Shown here piece by piece: positions 22,794 through 33,755 of a stretch of 64,000 bases of DNA. The position numbers and the translations under genes are program-made. How positions within the stretch are numbered: the first letter of the stretch is position 1; every line of letters begins with the position of its first letter. The stretch covers positions 224,001 through 288,000 of the forward strand of contig CAVSGM010000002.1 in the NCBI GenBank assembly GCA_963727485.1. Reading direction: 5' to 3'. The notes beneath the pieces are model-generated. The model was not told the origin of the DNA. It worked only from the letters and a program-made list of their open reading frames with translations, and ran no database searches. The stretch is from an uncultured delta proteobacterium. Its GTDB lineage: Bacteria; Myxococcota; Myxococcia; SLRQ01.

Positions 22794-22842
22794 CCGTCCC
22801 CCGCGCCCGTCGGACGAGGGGAGCGCAAGGCGCGGCCTGCGC

Positions 22843-23232
22843 CTACGCCTCGGGCGTCTCGGTCTCCCGCTTGCGCAGCATGTACTTCACCTTGCGCATC
22901 AGCCCGTCGAGGTCGAAGGGTTTCTCGATGAAGTCCTCGGCCCCGAGCTCCAGGCCGAGCTGGCGGCTGAAGGGGTCGCCCCGGGCCGAGAGGAAGAGGA
23001 CCGGGATCGCCCGGGTCTGGTCGTCGGCCTTCAGCGCCCGGCACACGTCCCGGCCGTCCATCCGCGGCATGTTCACGTCGAGGACCACCAGGTCGGGTTG
23101 GTCGCTCTGGGCGAGGGCGAGGCCCTCGACGCCATCGGCCGCGGTGATCACCGTGAAGCCGTGGCGCTCGGCGGTGCGACGGAAGATCGTGCGCAGCTCG
23201 GCGTCGTCGTCGACGAAGAGGAGGCGAGCCAT
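22843..23232 (-). CDS. Single-domain response regulator (CheY-like)
   Basis: MARLLFVDDD...PDLVVLDVNMP...FLSA...FIEKPF. Confidence 0.9.
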   Translation of the reverse strand: MARLLFVDDDAELRTIFRRTAERHGFTVITAADGVEGLALAQSDQPDLVVLDVNMPRMDGRDVCRALKADDQTRAIPVLFLSARGDPFSRQLGLELGAEDFIEKPFDLDGLMRKVKYMLRKRETETPEA

Positions 23233-23304
23233 GGCGGGCATTATAGGGATCGATCGCGTCCGCGTCTCTCCATCGGTCGCGCTCCGGTGATACGCTCCCG
23301 GGCC

Positions 23305-24546
23305 ATGCACCGCCACCTCGCCTGGCTCTGCGCCGCCACCGTCGTCTTCGCCGCCTGCAGCAAGGGGAACAGCGTCGTCCCCACGCCGGCCCTCAAGGCC
23401 CAGGCCGCCTACCACCAGGGCAACGCCAAGCTCGTCGCCGGCGACTTCAAGGCGGCGCTGGTGCTCCTGCGCCGATCGGTGCGCCTCGATCCGGGGCTGG
23501 TCCAGGCGCACCAGGCCCTGGGCGAGACCTACCTCGGCCTGCTCCGGGGCCCGGAGGCCGAGGAGCAGTTCCGCCTCGCTCTCAAGATCCAGCCCAAGAA
23601 GTACCTGGCGTGGGAGGGCCTCGGCGACGCGCTCCGCCTCGAGCACCAGCTCGACAAGGCCCTCGACGCCTACGCCCACGCCGCCACCCTCGACCAGACC
23701 CTCCCCGATCCCTGGACCTCCCAGGGCGAGGTGCTCCGGGACCAGGACGCCTACGCCGACGCCGCCGCCGCCTTCGAGAAGGCCGCGGCCCGCGCCTCGG
23801 GAAAGGACGTCGCCACCCAGTGGACCAGCGCCGGCGGGGCCTGGGGCAAGGCCGGCAAGTGGGACCGCGCCGCCGCCAATCTGGCCAAGGCCGCCGCCGC
23901 GACCCCCAAGGCCGCCAGCGCCTGGGACCGCCTCGGTCAGGCCCGGGCCCACGCCGGGGACATGAAGGGCGTGGCCACCGCCTACGCCCGGGCCGTCGCC
24001 GTCTCGCCCGAGGACCCGGTCCTCTGGGAGCTCCTCGGCGCCGCCCGCCGGGCCCTCGGTGACGCCGCCGGGGCCCGCAAGGCCTACGAGCGGGCTCGAG
24101 ACCTGGCGCCGCACCGCGCCTCGGTCTGGGAGGGGCTCGGGCGCCTCGACCTCGACGCCAAGGACCTCCCCGCCGCCACCCGGGACGCCCACCGCGCCCT
24201 CGACGCCCTGGGGAGCACTGGCCCGTCCCAGGGCAAGAAGGGCGCCGCCGTCGCCGCCGAGGTCGAGGACGACAACGTGGTCGCCAACGTCGCCAATCTC
24301 CTCGCCAAGGTCGGCGACCACGACCGCGCCGCGGGCCTCTACCGGATGCTCCTCGGAGGCAAGGGCGACCACGATCCCCAGCTCTGGATCGCCCTGGCCC
24401 ACGAGGACACCGCCCTCGGCGACAAGGCGGCCGTGGCCCTCGACTGCGCGACCGCCCGGAAGGACGCCGGAACGCAGGCGCTCACCGGCCTCGAGGTCTG
24501 CCCCAAGGCGCCCAAGCCGTCGCCGGGCAAGTCCCCGGGCAAGTAG
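23305..24546 (+). CDS. TPR-repeat lipoprotein
   Basis: Lipobox FAAC followed by multiple TPR motifs (AWEGLG, AWDRLG, VWEGLG). Confidence 0.8.
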   Translation: MHRHLAWLCAATVVFAACSKGNSVVPTPALKAQAAYHQGNAKLVAGDFKAALVLLRRSVRLDPGLVQAHQALGETYLGLLRGPEAEEQFRLALKIQPKKYLAWEGLGDALRLEHQLDKALDAYAHAATLDQTLPDPWTSQGEVLRDQDAYADAAAAFEKAAARASGKDVATQWTSAGGAWGKAGKWDRAAANLAKAAAATPKAASAWDRLGQARAHAGDMKGVATAYARAVAVSPEDPVLWELLGAARRALGDAAGARKAYERARDLAPHRASVWEGLGRLDLDAKDLPAATRDAHRALDALGSTGPSQGKKGAAVAAEVEDDNVVANVANLLAKVGDHDRAAGLYRMLLGGKGDHDPQLWIALAHEDTALGDKAAVALDCATARKDAGTQALTGLEVCPKAPKPSPGKSPGK

Positions 24547-24555
24547 ACGCCGGAC

Positions 24556-25242
24556 CTAGTGGACCCGGCGGTAGACGCCGACCACCACGCCCAGGATCTG
24601 GGTGTCCCGGAAGTCCTGCTGGTGGACGTAGATGGGCTGCATCGCCGCGTTCGCCGGCTGGAAGCGGATGCGGTCGCCCTCGGGGAAGTAGCGCTTCACC
24701 GTGGCGTCGCCGTCGATCATGGCGACCACGATGTCGCCGGCGTCGGCGGTGAGCTGCTTCTTCACGAAGATGTAGTCGCCGTCGAGGATGCCGTCGTCGA
24801 TCATGGACTCACCGCTGACCCGGAGGCCGAAGACCTTCTTGGTGGTCCCCCCGAGGAAGAAGCTGTCCACGTGCACCGTGTCGGTGACGTTCTCCTCGGC
24901 GAGGATCGGGCTCCCGGCGGCGACCCGCCCGAGGACCGGGATCGCGACCAGGTCGCCCTCGGGGAAGATCGCCGGCACCGCCACGTCGACCGCGGTGGGG
25001 TGGGGCGCCTCGCCGAGGGCGCGCAGGGCCGGGGCGGTGAGGGCGAGAGCCCGGGACTTCTTGTCGCCACGCTCGATGTACCCCTTGCGCTCGAGGGCCT
25101 TGAGGTGGTCGTTGACGCCGTTGGTGGACCTGATGCCGAAGGCGGTGCCAATCTCGCGGATGGTCGGGGGGTAGCCGCTCCCGTTGATGCTCTGGTGGAT
25201 GAAGCCGAGGATGTCCCGCTGCCGCTGGGTGAGCTCCTGCAT
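24556..25242 (-). CDS. lexA: LexA SOS repressor
   Basis: LTQRQRDIL...PPTIREIG...[11 protein letters not shown], cleavage site VAAG, catalytic GESM and TVKR. Confidence 0.96.
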   Translation of the reverse strand: MQELTQRQRDILGFIHQSINGSGYPPTIREIGTAFGIRSTNGVNDHLKALERKGYIERGDKKSRALALTAPALRALGEAPHPTAVDVAVPAIFPEGDLVAIPVLGRVAAGSPILAEENVTDTVHVDSFFLGGTTKKVFGLRVSGESMIDDGILDGDYIFVKKQLTADAGDIVVAMIDGDATVKRYFPEGDRIRFQPANAAMQPIYVHQQDFRDTQILGVVVGVYRRVH

Positions 25243-25253
25243 GTCCGCCCTCT

Positions 25254-25304
25254 CCTGAAAACAGGTTCAGGCACAAGATACTGAACGGGCGCCCAGCGCG
25301 TCAA
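25254..25304 (-). promoter_or_regulatory. lexA promoter with two candidate Myxococcus-type LexA boxes
   Basis: CCTGAA-AACAGG-TTCAGG (25254-25271) and CTGAAC-GGGCGC-CCAG (25281-25296). Minus-strand promoter TTGACG-N18-TATCTT. Confidence 0.65.
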
Positions 25305-25355
25305 GAAATCCGGCGCCGCCTTCCGCCCCGGACGCCCCTGGGGTACACAGGGCCC

Positions 25356-26435
25356 ATGCGACCGGCGACCCGCCACCTGGGCCACGGGGTCAGGGCCACT
25401 CTCCGCCACCTGCCCCTGGTGGCCCTCCAGGCCTCCGTGGACCTCACCGCGAGCCTGGCGGCCCTGCTCCCGGCGGTGGTCGCCGCGGTCCTGGTGGTGC
25501 GCCACGCCGTCACGCTGGTCTCGGCCCTGCCCCCGACCCGCAACCCCCTGGCCCTCGCCGCGGCGGAGCTGCTGGGCTACCTCCTCTCGGCGCGCTTCCT
25601 GATGCCGGTGGTGGGCCTCGCCGCGGCCGGGGCGCTGCTGGTGGCGATGATGCGGGTCCTCTATCTCACCGGCGCCCTGGGCCTCCTCGCCGGCGACCTC
25701 CGCGCGGGTGGCCGGGCGCCGGCCGGCGGCTTCATGGACGCGGTGGTCGCCCGGTTCCCGGCGGCCCTCGCCGTGGTCGCCCTCATGGGGGTCGCGGGCC
25801 TCGCGGTGGCGGGCCTGGTCGCGGGCCTGGTGGGCGCCGCCGGCGCCGTGTTCGCCGCCGGGCCCTCGGTGGCGAGCGCCGCGGGCCTCGCCCTCGCCGG
25901 GAGCCTGACGGTGGTCCTGCTCGCGATCTTCGAGGCCGTCCGGCACCTCGCCCTGGTCCGCACCGTGGCCCTCGGCGAGGGCCCGGGTGTGGCCACCTAC
26001 GAGGCCGGGGCCCTGGTCCTCCGGCGTCCCGGGACCCTCCTCGCCCTGGGGGTCCTGCTCCTTGGCGTCGAGCTGGCCGTGGCGGTGATCTTCGCCAGCG
26101 CCACCGGGATGCAGGGCCTCCTCCCCGCCGCCGCCGCGGCCACCGGATGGGCCGTCGGCGCCCGGGTCGTAGGCGAGGTCACGGCCACCGTGGCCCTCGC
26201 CGTGGTCGGCGTGGTCGCCTGGGGCGCCCTGGTGTCCCTGGCCCTCGATGACGCCGGGGCGCTCCCGCCGGACCCCGAGCCCGCGCCCCGGTCGACCCCG
26301 CCCGCACCCGCGCCGGCGGTCCCGGCGCGGCGGGTGTCCCTCGCCCGGCCCGTGTCGGAGGTGTGGCCGCCGGCGCCGGCGCCTCAGGCCGACGCCCCGG
26401 GCGACGACGCCTCAGACGACGACCCCTCGGCGTAG
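25356..26435 (+). CDS. Hypothetical multi-pass membrane protein
   Basis: About 6 hydrophobic segments and a Pro/Asp-rich tail. Confidence 0.65.
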   Translation: MRPATRHLGHGVRATLRHLPLVALQASVDLTASLAALLPAVVAAVLVVRHAVTLVSALPPTRNPLALAAAELLGYLLSARFLMPVVGLAAAGALLVAMMRVLYLTGALGLLAGDLRAGGRAPAGGFMDAVVARFPAALAVVALMGVAGLAVAGLVAGLVGAAGAVFAAGPSVASAAGLALAGSLTVVLLAIFEAVRHLALVRTVALGEGPGVATYEAGALVLRRPGTLLALGVLLLGVELAVAVIFASATGMQGLLPAAAAATGWAVGARVVGEVTATVALAVVGVVAWGALVSLALDDAGALPPDPEPAPRSTPPAPAPAVPARRVSLARPVSEVWPPAPAPQADAPGDDASDDDPSA

Positions 26436-27316
26436 CACCCGAGCCGGTCCCGGAAGAACTTCTCGAGGCGCAGGTTGAGCAGCTCCGGCTGCTCGATGGG
26501 CGCCGCGTGGCTCCCCTTGGGGATCACCAGCAGCTCGGCGTCGGGGATGAGGTCGGCCATCTCCTCGGAGAGCCACATGGGCGTGAAGGTGTCGAGCTCG
26601 GCGCCGACCACCAGGGTGGGCACGTCGACGTGCCCCAGGTGGTCCCGGGTGCTGTGGGCCGCGGCGTGGGAGAGGAGCCGCACGAAGACCTCCGGGTCCA
26701 TCTTCCCCAGGTGGTCGAAGTAGGGCTGCATGTCCTCCCAGCGGATGAGCGAGCGGTTCACCTCCCCGGCGAGGAAGGCGAGGAGCCAGGCCATCCGCGA
26801 GGGGAGCAGCGCCCGCCACAGCCCCACCACCGCCCCGGGGAAGCCTTCGAGGATCCGGTTGATGTAGGGCAGGCCCTCCTTGAGGGCGGCGGTGCCGTGG
26901 AAGGTGTCCAGGGGCCGGCCGTAGCTGCCGCAGACCAGCACCAGGGCGGCGACGCGCCCGGGCATGCGCCGGTGGGCCTCGAGGACCACCTGCACCCCCA
27001 CCGAGTGCCCGGCGAGGATGGCGCGCTCGCTGCCGGCGGCGTCGAGGACGGCGCCGAGGTCGCCCACCAGGTCCTCGATGGCCATGCGGTCGAGGTCCCG
27101 GGGCGTCGCCGAGCGTCCGTGGCCCCGGTAGTGCCAGCGGATCACCCGGTGCCGGTCGGCGAAGGCGGGCACCACGTACTTCCACACGAAGCCGTCGCAG
27201 CCGATGCCGTCGCAGAGCACCAGGTCCGGTGCCGTGGGGCGGTCGGGCCCGGCGATGGTGTAGTAGATCGACGTCCCGTCGGACGCCTGGCAGAACCCCT
27301 CGGTGTAGCGCTCCAT
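26384..27316 (-). CDS. Alpha/beta-fold hydrolase
   Basis: Contains YRGHGRS, nucleophile GHSVG, acid D in AELD and GSH. Confidence 0.88.
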   Translation of the reverse strand: MERYTEGFCQASDGTSIYYTIAGPDRPTAPDLVLCDGIGCDGFVWKYVVPAFADRHRVIRWHYRGHGRSATPRDLDRMAIEDLVGDLGAVLDAAGSERAILAGHSVGVQVVLEAHRRMPGRVAALVLVCGSYGRPLDTFHGTAALKEGLPYINRILEGFPGAVVGLWRALLPSRMAWLLAFLAGEVNRSLIRWEDMQPYFDHLGKMDPEVFVRLLSHAAAHSTRDHLGHVDVPTLVVGAELDTFTPMWLSEEMADLIPDAELLVIPKGSHAAPIEQPELLNLRLEKFFRDRLGCYAEGSSSEASSPGASA

Positions 27317-27333
27317 GACCCCTTCCCGCGCCG

Positions 27334-28900
27334 TCAGCGTGCGGCCTGGCGCGGCTCCTCGAGGCCGTACTTCTCACACTTCGCGATGAGGTTCGAGCGG
27401 CTCACGCCCAGCTCGCGCGCGAGGCGCGACTTGTTCCAGTGGGTGCGGATGAGCCCCTGGTGGATCATCTCCCGCTCCAGGGCCTCGACGGCGTGCTTGA
27501 GCTTGCCGGTGGTCTTGATGGGGCTGACCCCCTTGGGCGTCCCCACCGCGTCGCGGATCCGGGGGCTGACCAGGTCGACCCCGAGCTCGCCGTCGTCGGC
27601 GCCGAGGACCAGGAGCCGCTCGAATCTCGTTCTCGAGCTCGCGGATGTTCCCGGGCCAGTCGTAGGTGCCCAGCAGCTCGAGGCACTCGCGCGCGAGGGT
27701 CCGGGCGTCGCCGTTGCCGTGCTTGCGCAGGAAGTGCTCCACCAGCAGGGGGATGTCGTCGCGGCGCTCGCGCAGGGCCGGGACGTCGATCTTGATGACG
27801 TTGATCCGGTAGTAGAGGTCCTCGCGGAACTCGCCGGCCTCGACCATCTTGGCCAGGTCCTTGTGGGTGGCGGCGATGACCCGGACGTCGACCTCCCTGG
27901 CGGAGGTCCCGCCCACCGGCGTGAAGGTGCCCTCCTGGAGCACCCGGAGGAGCTTGACCTGGAGGGTGGGGGACATGTCCCCGACCTCGTCGAGGAAGAA
28001 GGTCCCGCCGTCGGCGACCTCGAAGAGGCCCTTCTTGTCCTTGATGGCGCCGGTGAACGCGCCCTTCACGTGACCGAAGAGGGCGCTCTCCAGGAGGTTG
28101 TCGTTGAACGCCGAGCAGTTCTGGACCACGAACGCCTTGTCCTTGCGCGGCCCGTTGTAGTGGATGGCCCGGGCGACCAGCTCCTTGCCGGTGCCGCTCT
28201 CCCCGTGGACCAGGACCGTGGAGTCGGAGTTGCACACCTTCTCCAGGACCCGGTAGACGTCCTGCATCGCCTGGCTGGAGCCGATGATGGACTCGAAGCG
28301 GTAGCGCTCGGAGAGCTCGTCGGAGAGGTGCTGGATCTCCCGGTCGCGCTTGCCCATCTCCAGCTCGAAGGCGGCAATCTCGTCGGCGCCGAACTCGAGG
28401 AGGTCGCAGAGCTTCTCCACGCCCTCCGGGGGGATCACCGGGAGCCGCTGGACGGCCCGGTCGAGGTCGGTGGCCCCGGGGTTGAGCACCCGGATCCGCG
28501 AGCTGGCCTGCTCGACCTGCCGCTCGGTGAGATCCTCCCGGAGGAAGCCACCGACGAACATGAAGCCCTTGTACTCGGAGGCCACCACGATGGGGCAGCC
28601 GACGATGGTGAACCCCAGGTGGCAGTCGTGGAAGAGGCAGCGCCTGGGCTTCTTGCTGGCGCGGAACTTGTCGCCGACGAACTTCACCGACTCGTTGCAG
28701 CGCCGAAAGCCCTCCTTGGAGAAGAGCGAGAGGCGGCAGAAGTCGTTGTTCGGGGGGATGATCTGGCCGTTGGCGTGCTCGAGGACGTAGCCGGTCTTGT
28801 CGGCGAAGGCGAGCTCGAGGCCCCACCACTTGCGGATCACGTCCCGCAGCATGATGATGGTGTGCAGGTTCTGGTAGCGCTCGTACTCCTGCAACGCCAT
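27334..28900 (-). CDS. sigma54-dependent enhancer-binding protein with an N-terminal PocR-like sensory domain, with an apparent frameshift near 27625
   Basis: PocR-like FC...C...CHLG, then GESGTGKE, GAFTGA and WPGNIRELEN. The HTH (WNKSRLARELGVSRSNL) is in ORF 27334..27546. Confidence 0.88.
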
Positions 28901-29081
28901 GCTCTTTCTCCTCCCGGGACGGCCAGCGGTAAGGCGCCCCTTGGTGACTTGACCTGACCGGCGACACCCCACCGCCGGCTGCACAGAATCAGGACAATCC
29001 TACCGGCCCGATGTAGACAATCGCAAGGCACGATTGTCCTGATCCAGGGCAGACGCCGCCACCGAGGAGCGTTCCAAGACC

Positions 29082-30065
29082 ATGTCCGCCGTCGATCCGA
29101 TCCACCGCCACGTCCCGGCCCCGGTGGCCCACCGGCTCGGGGATCGCCCGGGGGTGACCATCCTCGGCCTCCGGGACGTCCTCCGGGGGCTCGAGGGCTC
29201 CGGGCGGGTGCTCCTGGTGGCGGTGTGCGAGTCGCCCCTGGCGGTGGCACCCATCCTCCGGGCCGCCCGGGAGCTCGACGCGGTGGTGGGGCTGGCCCCG
29301 GCGCTGCCCGAGACCGGACCCCGGGATCGCCACGCCTTCTTCGAGACCGTGTGCCGCGCCGCCGAGGAGACCGGGCACCGGCGGGCGGTGGTCACCGTGT
29401 CGCCGCCGGTGGCCCTCGGGCGCCCCGAGGACGCCGAGACCGTCGCCGAGCAAATCTACGGCCGGGTCGACGCCGGGTTCTCGCACGTGCCCCTGGACGT
29501 GTCGGCCCTCAATCCCGCGCGCGCCGCGCCCACCATCCGCCGGGCCGCCGAGGCCCTCCTCGACCTGGAGCTGGGCCTGGATCTGCGCCTGGCCCCGGGG
29601 CAGGAGGACGCCGCCGGGGAGCTCGCCGCGGGCCTCAAGCTCCTGGGGGTCGAGGTCGACCTGGTGGGCGTCGCCGGCGAGGAGGGCGTGGGCCTCGCGG
29701 TGGTCGCCAGCGAGGTGGACCCGGTGGGGGTGAGCTGGGCCGAGGGGGACGACGACGCCGACTTCCGGGGCGGGCTGCGCAACGCCGTGGGCGCCGGGGT
29801 GCGCCTGGTGAGCCTGCGCTCGCCGTTCACCCGCCAGGTCCTCGCGGGCCTGCCGCCGGCCCTCGCCCGGTCCCTCGAGGCCGGCGCCGGGACCCGGGGC
29901 AGCATCGCCGCCGCGCTCCAGGACCGGGGCGACGAGCTTGCGGCCCTCGACGCCGAGGCCGTGGACCGGGTCGAGGCCCGGGTCCACGCCGAGGCCGAGG
30001 AGCTCCTCCGCCTCCTGCGCCTCGACGGGGCCCACCGCCTGCTCCGGGACCGCCTGCTGGGCTGA
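29082..30065 (+). CDS. Hypothetical protein, possibly a degenerate class II fructose-bisphosphate aldolase-like TIM barrel
   Basis: ILRAARELDAVV and AGFSHVPLDVS resemble class II FBA segments, but the metal-binding His motifs are absent. Confidence 0.45.
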   Translation: MSAVDPIHRHVPAPVAHRLGDRPGVTILGLRDVLRGLEGSGRVLLVAVCESPLAVAPILRAARELDAVVGLAPALPETGPRDRHAFFETVCRAAEETGHRRAVVTVSPPVALGRPEDAETVAEQIYGRVDAGFSHVPLDVSALNPARAAPTIRRAAEALLDLELGLDLRLAPGQEDAAGELAAGLKLLGVEVDLVGVAGEEGVGLAVVASEVDPVGVSWAEGDDDADFRGGLRNAVGAGVRLVSLRSPFTRQVLAGLPPALARSLEAGAGTRGSIAAALQDRGDELAALDAEAVDRVEARVHAEAEELLRLLRLDGAHRLLRDRLLG

Positions 30066-30069
30066 CGCC

Positions 30070-30630
30070 ATGCGCATCATCGGCGGCAGCGCCCGGGGGC
30101 GGCCGCTTCGCGCCCCCAAGGGAACCGGGACCCGGCCCACCCTCGACCGGGTGCGCCAGAGCCTCTTCGACGTCCTGGGGCAGCGCTGCGACGGCCTGGC
30201 GGTCCTGGACCTCTTCGCCGGGACCGGGGCCCTGGGCCTCGAGGCCGTCAGCCGGGGGGCGGCGCGGGCGGTGCTGGTGGAGCAGGGGCGGCCGGCGCTC
30301 GCGGCCCTGGCGCACAACCTCGAGACCCTGGGCTTCGGGGACCGGGCGACGGTGGTCCCGGGCGACGCCCTGAACCTCGCCGGCCTCGCCGGGGCCCTGG
30401 GCCCCTTCGACCTGGTCCTCGCCGACCCGCCCTACGTCCTGGGGGTGGCGAAGGTCCTGGAGGCCCTCGCCGCGGCCCCCGGCCTCCTCGTCGAAGACGC
30501 CCGCGTCGTGGTAGAACACGCCCGGCGCGACCCCGCCCCCGAGCGGGTGGGGACGCTCCTCCACCGCGACACCCGCCGGTACGGCGACACCATGGTGAGC
30601 TTCTACACAGCGCAGGGAGCGACGACATGA
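30070..30630 (+). CDS. rsmD: 16S rRNA m2G966 methyltransferase
   Basis: Contains [34 protein letters not shown] and ADPPY. Confidence 0.93.
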   Translation: MRIIGGSARGRPLRAPKGTGTRPTLDRVRQSLFDVLGQRCDGLAVLDLFAGTGALGLEAVSRGAARAVLVEQGRPALAALAHNLETLGFGDRATVVPGDALNLAGLAGALGPFDLVLADPPYVLGVAKVLEALAAAPGLLVEDARVVVEHARRDPAPERVGTLLHRDTRRYGDTMVSFYTAQGATT

Positions 30631-31103
30631 AGGTGGCCATCTACCCCGGGTCCTTCGATCCCCTGACCAACGGCCACGTGAACATCGTCGAGCGTGGGCT
30701 GGCGGTCTTCGACAAGCTCATCGTCGCCGTCGCCAGCAACCCCCGCAAGAGCCCGATGTTCTCCGTGGCCGAGCGCCGCGCCATCCTCGAGGAGGCGCTG
30801 ACCGCCGATGGCCGCGTCGAGGTCGACGACTTCGAGGGGCTCCTGGTCGACTACTGCAAGCAGCGCGGCGTCCCCCTCGTCCTCCGGGGCCTCCGCGCCG
30901 TCTCCGACTTCGAGTACGAGCTGCAGATGGCCAACATGAACCGCAAGCTGGCCCCGGACATCGAGACCGTCTTCATGATGACCGGCGAGGAGCACTTCTA
31001 CATCTCCAGCCAGTTCGTCCGCGAGGTCATCAAGTTCGGCGGTGACGTGAGCGCGCTCGTCCCCGAGTGCGTCACCCGCCGCCTCAAGGAGCGTGAGTCG
31101 TGA
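30627..31103 (+). CDS. coaD: Pantetheine-phosphate adenylyltransferase
   Basis: Contains [12 protein letters not shown] and [12 protein letters not shown]. Confidence 0.96.
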   Translation: MKVAIYPGSFDPLTNGHVNIVERGLAVFDKLIVAVASNPRKSPMFSVAERRAILEEALTADGRVEVDDFEGLLVDYCKQRGVPLVLRGLRAVSDFEYELQMANMNRKLAPDIETVFMMTGEEHFYISSQFVREVIKFGGDVSALVPECVTRRLKERES

Positions 31104-32299
31104 TCCGCCTCTCCCGGCGCGCCGCCGCCGTCAAGCCGTCCGCCACCCTCGCCACCGCCGCCAAGGCCCGGGCCCTCAAGGCCAAGGGCGTCGACGTGGT
31201 CCTCTTCGGGACCGGTGAGCCCGACTTCGACACCCCGGACCACATCAAGATCGCCGCGGTGAAGGGCCTGCGCGAGGGTCGCACCCACTACCCGCCGCTC
31301 TCGGGGATCCCCGAGCTGAAGAGCGCCATCCAGGACCGCCTCCAGGTCGACCACGGGCTGTCCTTCGGGCTCTCGGAGATCCTGGTCACCATCGGCGCCA
31401 AGCAGGCCCTCTACAACCTCTGCCAGGCCGTCCTCGACGAGGGCGACCAGGCGGTGATCCCCGGGCCCTACTGGGTGAGCTACCCGGACATGGTGACGCT
31501 GGCCGGCGCCGAGCCGGTCCACGTCCCCTCGGATCCCGCCGCGGGCTTCGTCCCCCGGGCCGAGGACCTCGAGGCGGCGATCACCGGCCACACCCGCCTG
31601 CTCTTCCTCAACTCGCCCTCGAACCCCACGGGCATCCTCTACCCGCACGGGGCCCTCGAGGCCATCGCCGAGGTGGTCCGCCGGCACCCGCAGATCGTCG
31701 TCGTCTCCGACGACATCTACGAGAAGCTCATCTACGACGGGCAGAAGTTCGAGAACCTGCTCATGGTCGCCCCGGATCTACGCGACCGCATCGTGCTGGT
31801 GAACGGCGTCTCCAAGAGCTACGCCATGACCGGCTGGCGCCTGGGCTGGGCCGCGGGGCCCCCGGACGTCATCGCGGCGATGCAGCGGATCCAGGGCCAG
31901 AGCACCAGCGGCGCCACCAGCTTCGCCCAGCTCGGCGCGGTGGCGGCGCTCACCGGCGACCAGAAGGTGGTCGCCGACTTCCTCGCCGAGTTCGACACGC
32001 GCCGCAAGCACATGGTGGCGCGCCTCAACGAGATCGAGGGCATCTCCTGCGCCATGCCCGGCGGGGCCTTCTACGCCTTCCCCGACGTGCGCGGGGTGCT
32101 GGCGCGGCGCCTCAAGGGCGAGGTCATCGGTGACACGGCGCGCCTGTGCGAGCTCCTCCTCGACGAGGTGGCGGTGGCGGCGGTGCCCGGGGCGCCGTTC
32201 GGCGCCGAGGGGTTCCTGCGGATGAGCTTCGCCACGTCGATGGCGGAGATCGACCGGGGGCTCGACCGCCTCGCCGACTTCGTGTCGCGGCTCGACTGA
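31100..32299 (+). CDS. aspC: PLP-dependent class I/II (aspartate) aminotransferase
   Basis: Contains [17 protein letters not shown] and [12 protein letters not shown]. Confidence 0.9.
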   Translation: MIRLSRRAAAVKPSATLATAAKARALKAKGVDVVLFGTGEPDFDTPDHIKIAAVKGLREGRTHYPPLSGIPELKSAIQDRLQVDHGLSFGLSEILVTIGAKQALYNLCQAVLDEGDQAVIPGPYWVSYPDMVTLAGAEPVHVPSDPAAGFVPRAEDLEAAITGHTRLLFLNSPSNPTGILYPHGALEAIAEVVRRHPQIVVVSDDIYEKLIYDGQKFENLLMVAPDLRDRIVLVNGVSKSYAMTGWRLGWAAGPPDVIAAMQRIQGQSTSGATSFAQLGAVAALTGDQKVVADFLAEFDTRRKHMVARLNEIEGISCAMPGGAFYAFPDVRGVLARRLKGEVIGDTARLCELLLDEVAVAAVPGAPFGAEGFLRMSFATSMAEIDRGLDRLADFVSRLD

Positions 32300-32322
32300 C
32301 GGCGCGCGGAGGAGGGCGGCGG

Positions 32323-33290
32323 TCAGGGCGCGGCGGTGCACCTTGGGTCGCCGTCGTCGGCGACCTCCACGCCGGGGAGCATGTGGCACTTGGCCTTTCC
32401 CCGCTGGTCGTGGCGGACCTCGACCGTGATGGTCGGATCGGCCTCGTTGCCGGAGGCGTCCCGGGCCATGAGGTACACCTTATAGACCCTCGGGGTAGAG
32501 CTGCTGCCCTGGCGCTCGGCCCGAAGGCACACGTGGTCCGGCCGCACGAAGACGTCGGGGCTCGTGTTGCCGGAGCCGCGGCCGGTCGCCGGCTGGTTGC
32601 TCTCGGCGCCGACGATCTCGAGCTTCGGCGACGGGTCGCAGGTGTCCTTGACCGTTGCCGACAGGTCGCGGTTGGTACGGACCACGACCCACTTGTGGTT
32701 GGGCGGCCATAGGCAGAGCGGTCCGGTGTAGGCGAAGTCCGTGAGGTGCGGCGGCGTGGTGTCGCGCACGGTCACGGGGATTGTCGTTTCCCCGCTGCCG
32801 AGGACGTGGTCGTAGACGTGGAGCGTGTAGTCTGTCGTGCCCAGGGGCGCCTGAACGGTGACGGTCTCGGAGTTCCCGTCCCGGGCAAGGGCGCCGTCGT
32901 CGCCGGTGCCGAGCGGGTGGAACCACTGGTAGTGTGTGACGTGGTCATTCGGGTCGGGGTCGGTGGAGCCGCTTGCGGACAGGGTGACCTTGGCGCCCTC
33001 CGGGGAGGTGCACTCGGTAGGCTTTGCCGGCCCGCTGGCGGCAGCCGTGGGCGGGTGGTTCACGATGTGGCCGCGCAAGTGGAGCTCGATGGCATTGCCC
33101 GATGAGTCCTGCCCGGAGGCGGTGAGGGAGAAGGTGTTGTTGCCCAGATCGAGGGTTCCGGTCACCGGCGCCTGTGTGACGATCTCGGCTCCCTCCCACG
33201 CGCCGTTGTCCTTGGCGCGGACGACAATGAGCATCCGACCCGCGGGGATGGTGAACTTGGTGGCGGAGGTCAACCTTCCGTCCGTGGACG
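32323..33290 (-). pseudogene. C-terminal part of a secreted PKD/HYR-like Ig-domain protein; no clear start of its own
   Basis: NHPPTAAA...VTLSASGSTDPD...YQW, VTVRDTTPP and an LWPPNHK domain. Weaker GC3 bias than the flanking genes. Confidence 0.5.
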
Positions 33291-33755
33291 GGCTCGGGGC
33301 AGCCGCTCGCCCTTCCATTGGCAGTAGCGCACGGCCGCCTTGGCCGAGACGCCGTAGATCGGATACTTGCGGTGGGTCGGGTCGGCCATCTCCGCCTTGA
33401 GGTCTGGGACGAGGCTCGTCATCTCCCACGGCGTCGTGCAGAAGCCGGCGTCCATGCACTTCTTGTAGTCGCCGAAGGTCACCTCGTAGGTGTCGATGAA
33501 GTACGGGCTGAGAGTCACCTGGTGGACCGGCGCGAAGTCGCTGCACAGCACGTTGCCACCCTGCTGGTTGTCACAGGCTGGCGCGCCGGGCATCGGTGCG
33601 TGTCCCATCTCGAAGGTCCCGCCGGGGATGAACACCTCGCCCGGCGGAACCTTCGGTACCACGGGCTGGCACTCGCATCCGCCGACCGTCAACGCGACCA
33701 CCAGCATCGGGAGCCGTCCACCCCGTCCTCTTGCAGGTCGCCCCAGCGTCGGCAT
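33270..33755 (-). pseudogene. Truncated formylglycine-generating enzyme (FGE-sulfatase) domain lipoprotein
   Basis: IPGGTFEMG, PVHQVTLSPYFIDTYEVT and YCQWKGERLP, then it stops before the expected TEAEWE motif. Confidence 0.65.

Noticed and set aside
14744..23232. Integrative element inserted at tRNA-Val carrying the RiPP locus
   Set aside because: I saw no integrase and no duplicated tRNA 3' end (attR), and most genes have host-like codon usage. Adjacency alone is insufficient.
26384..26435. 52-bp overlap between convergent genes
   Set aside because: Both tails are low-complexity. The overlap is probably incidental or caused by an indel near the hydrolase stop.
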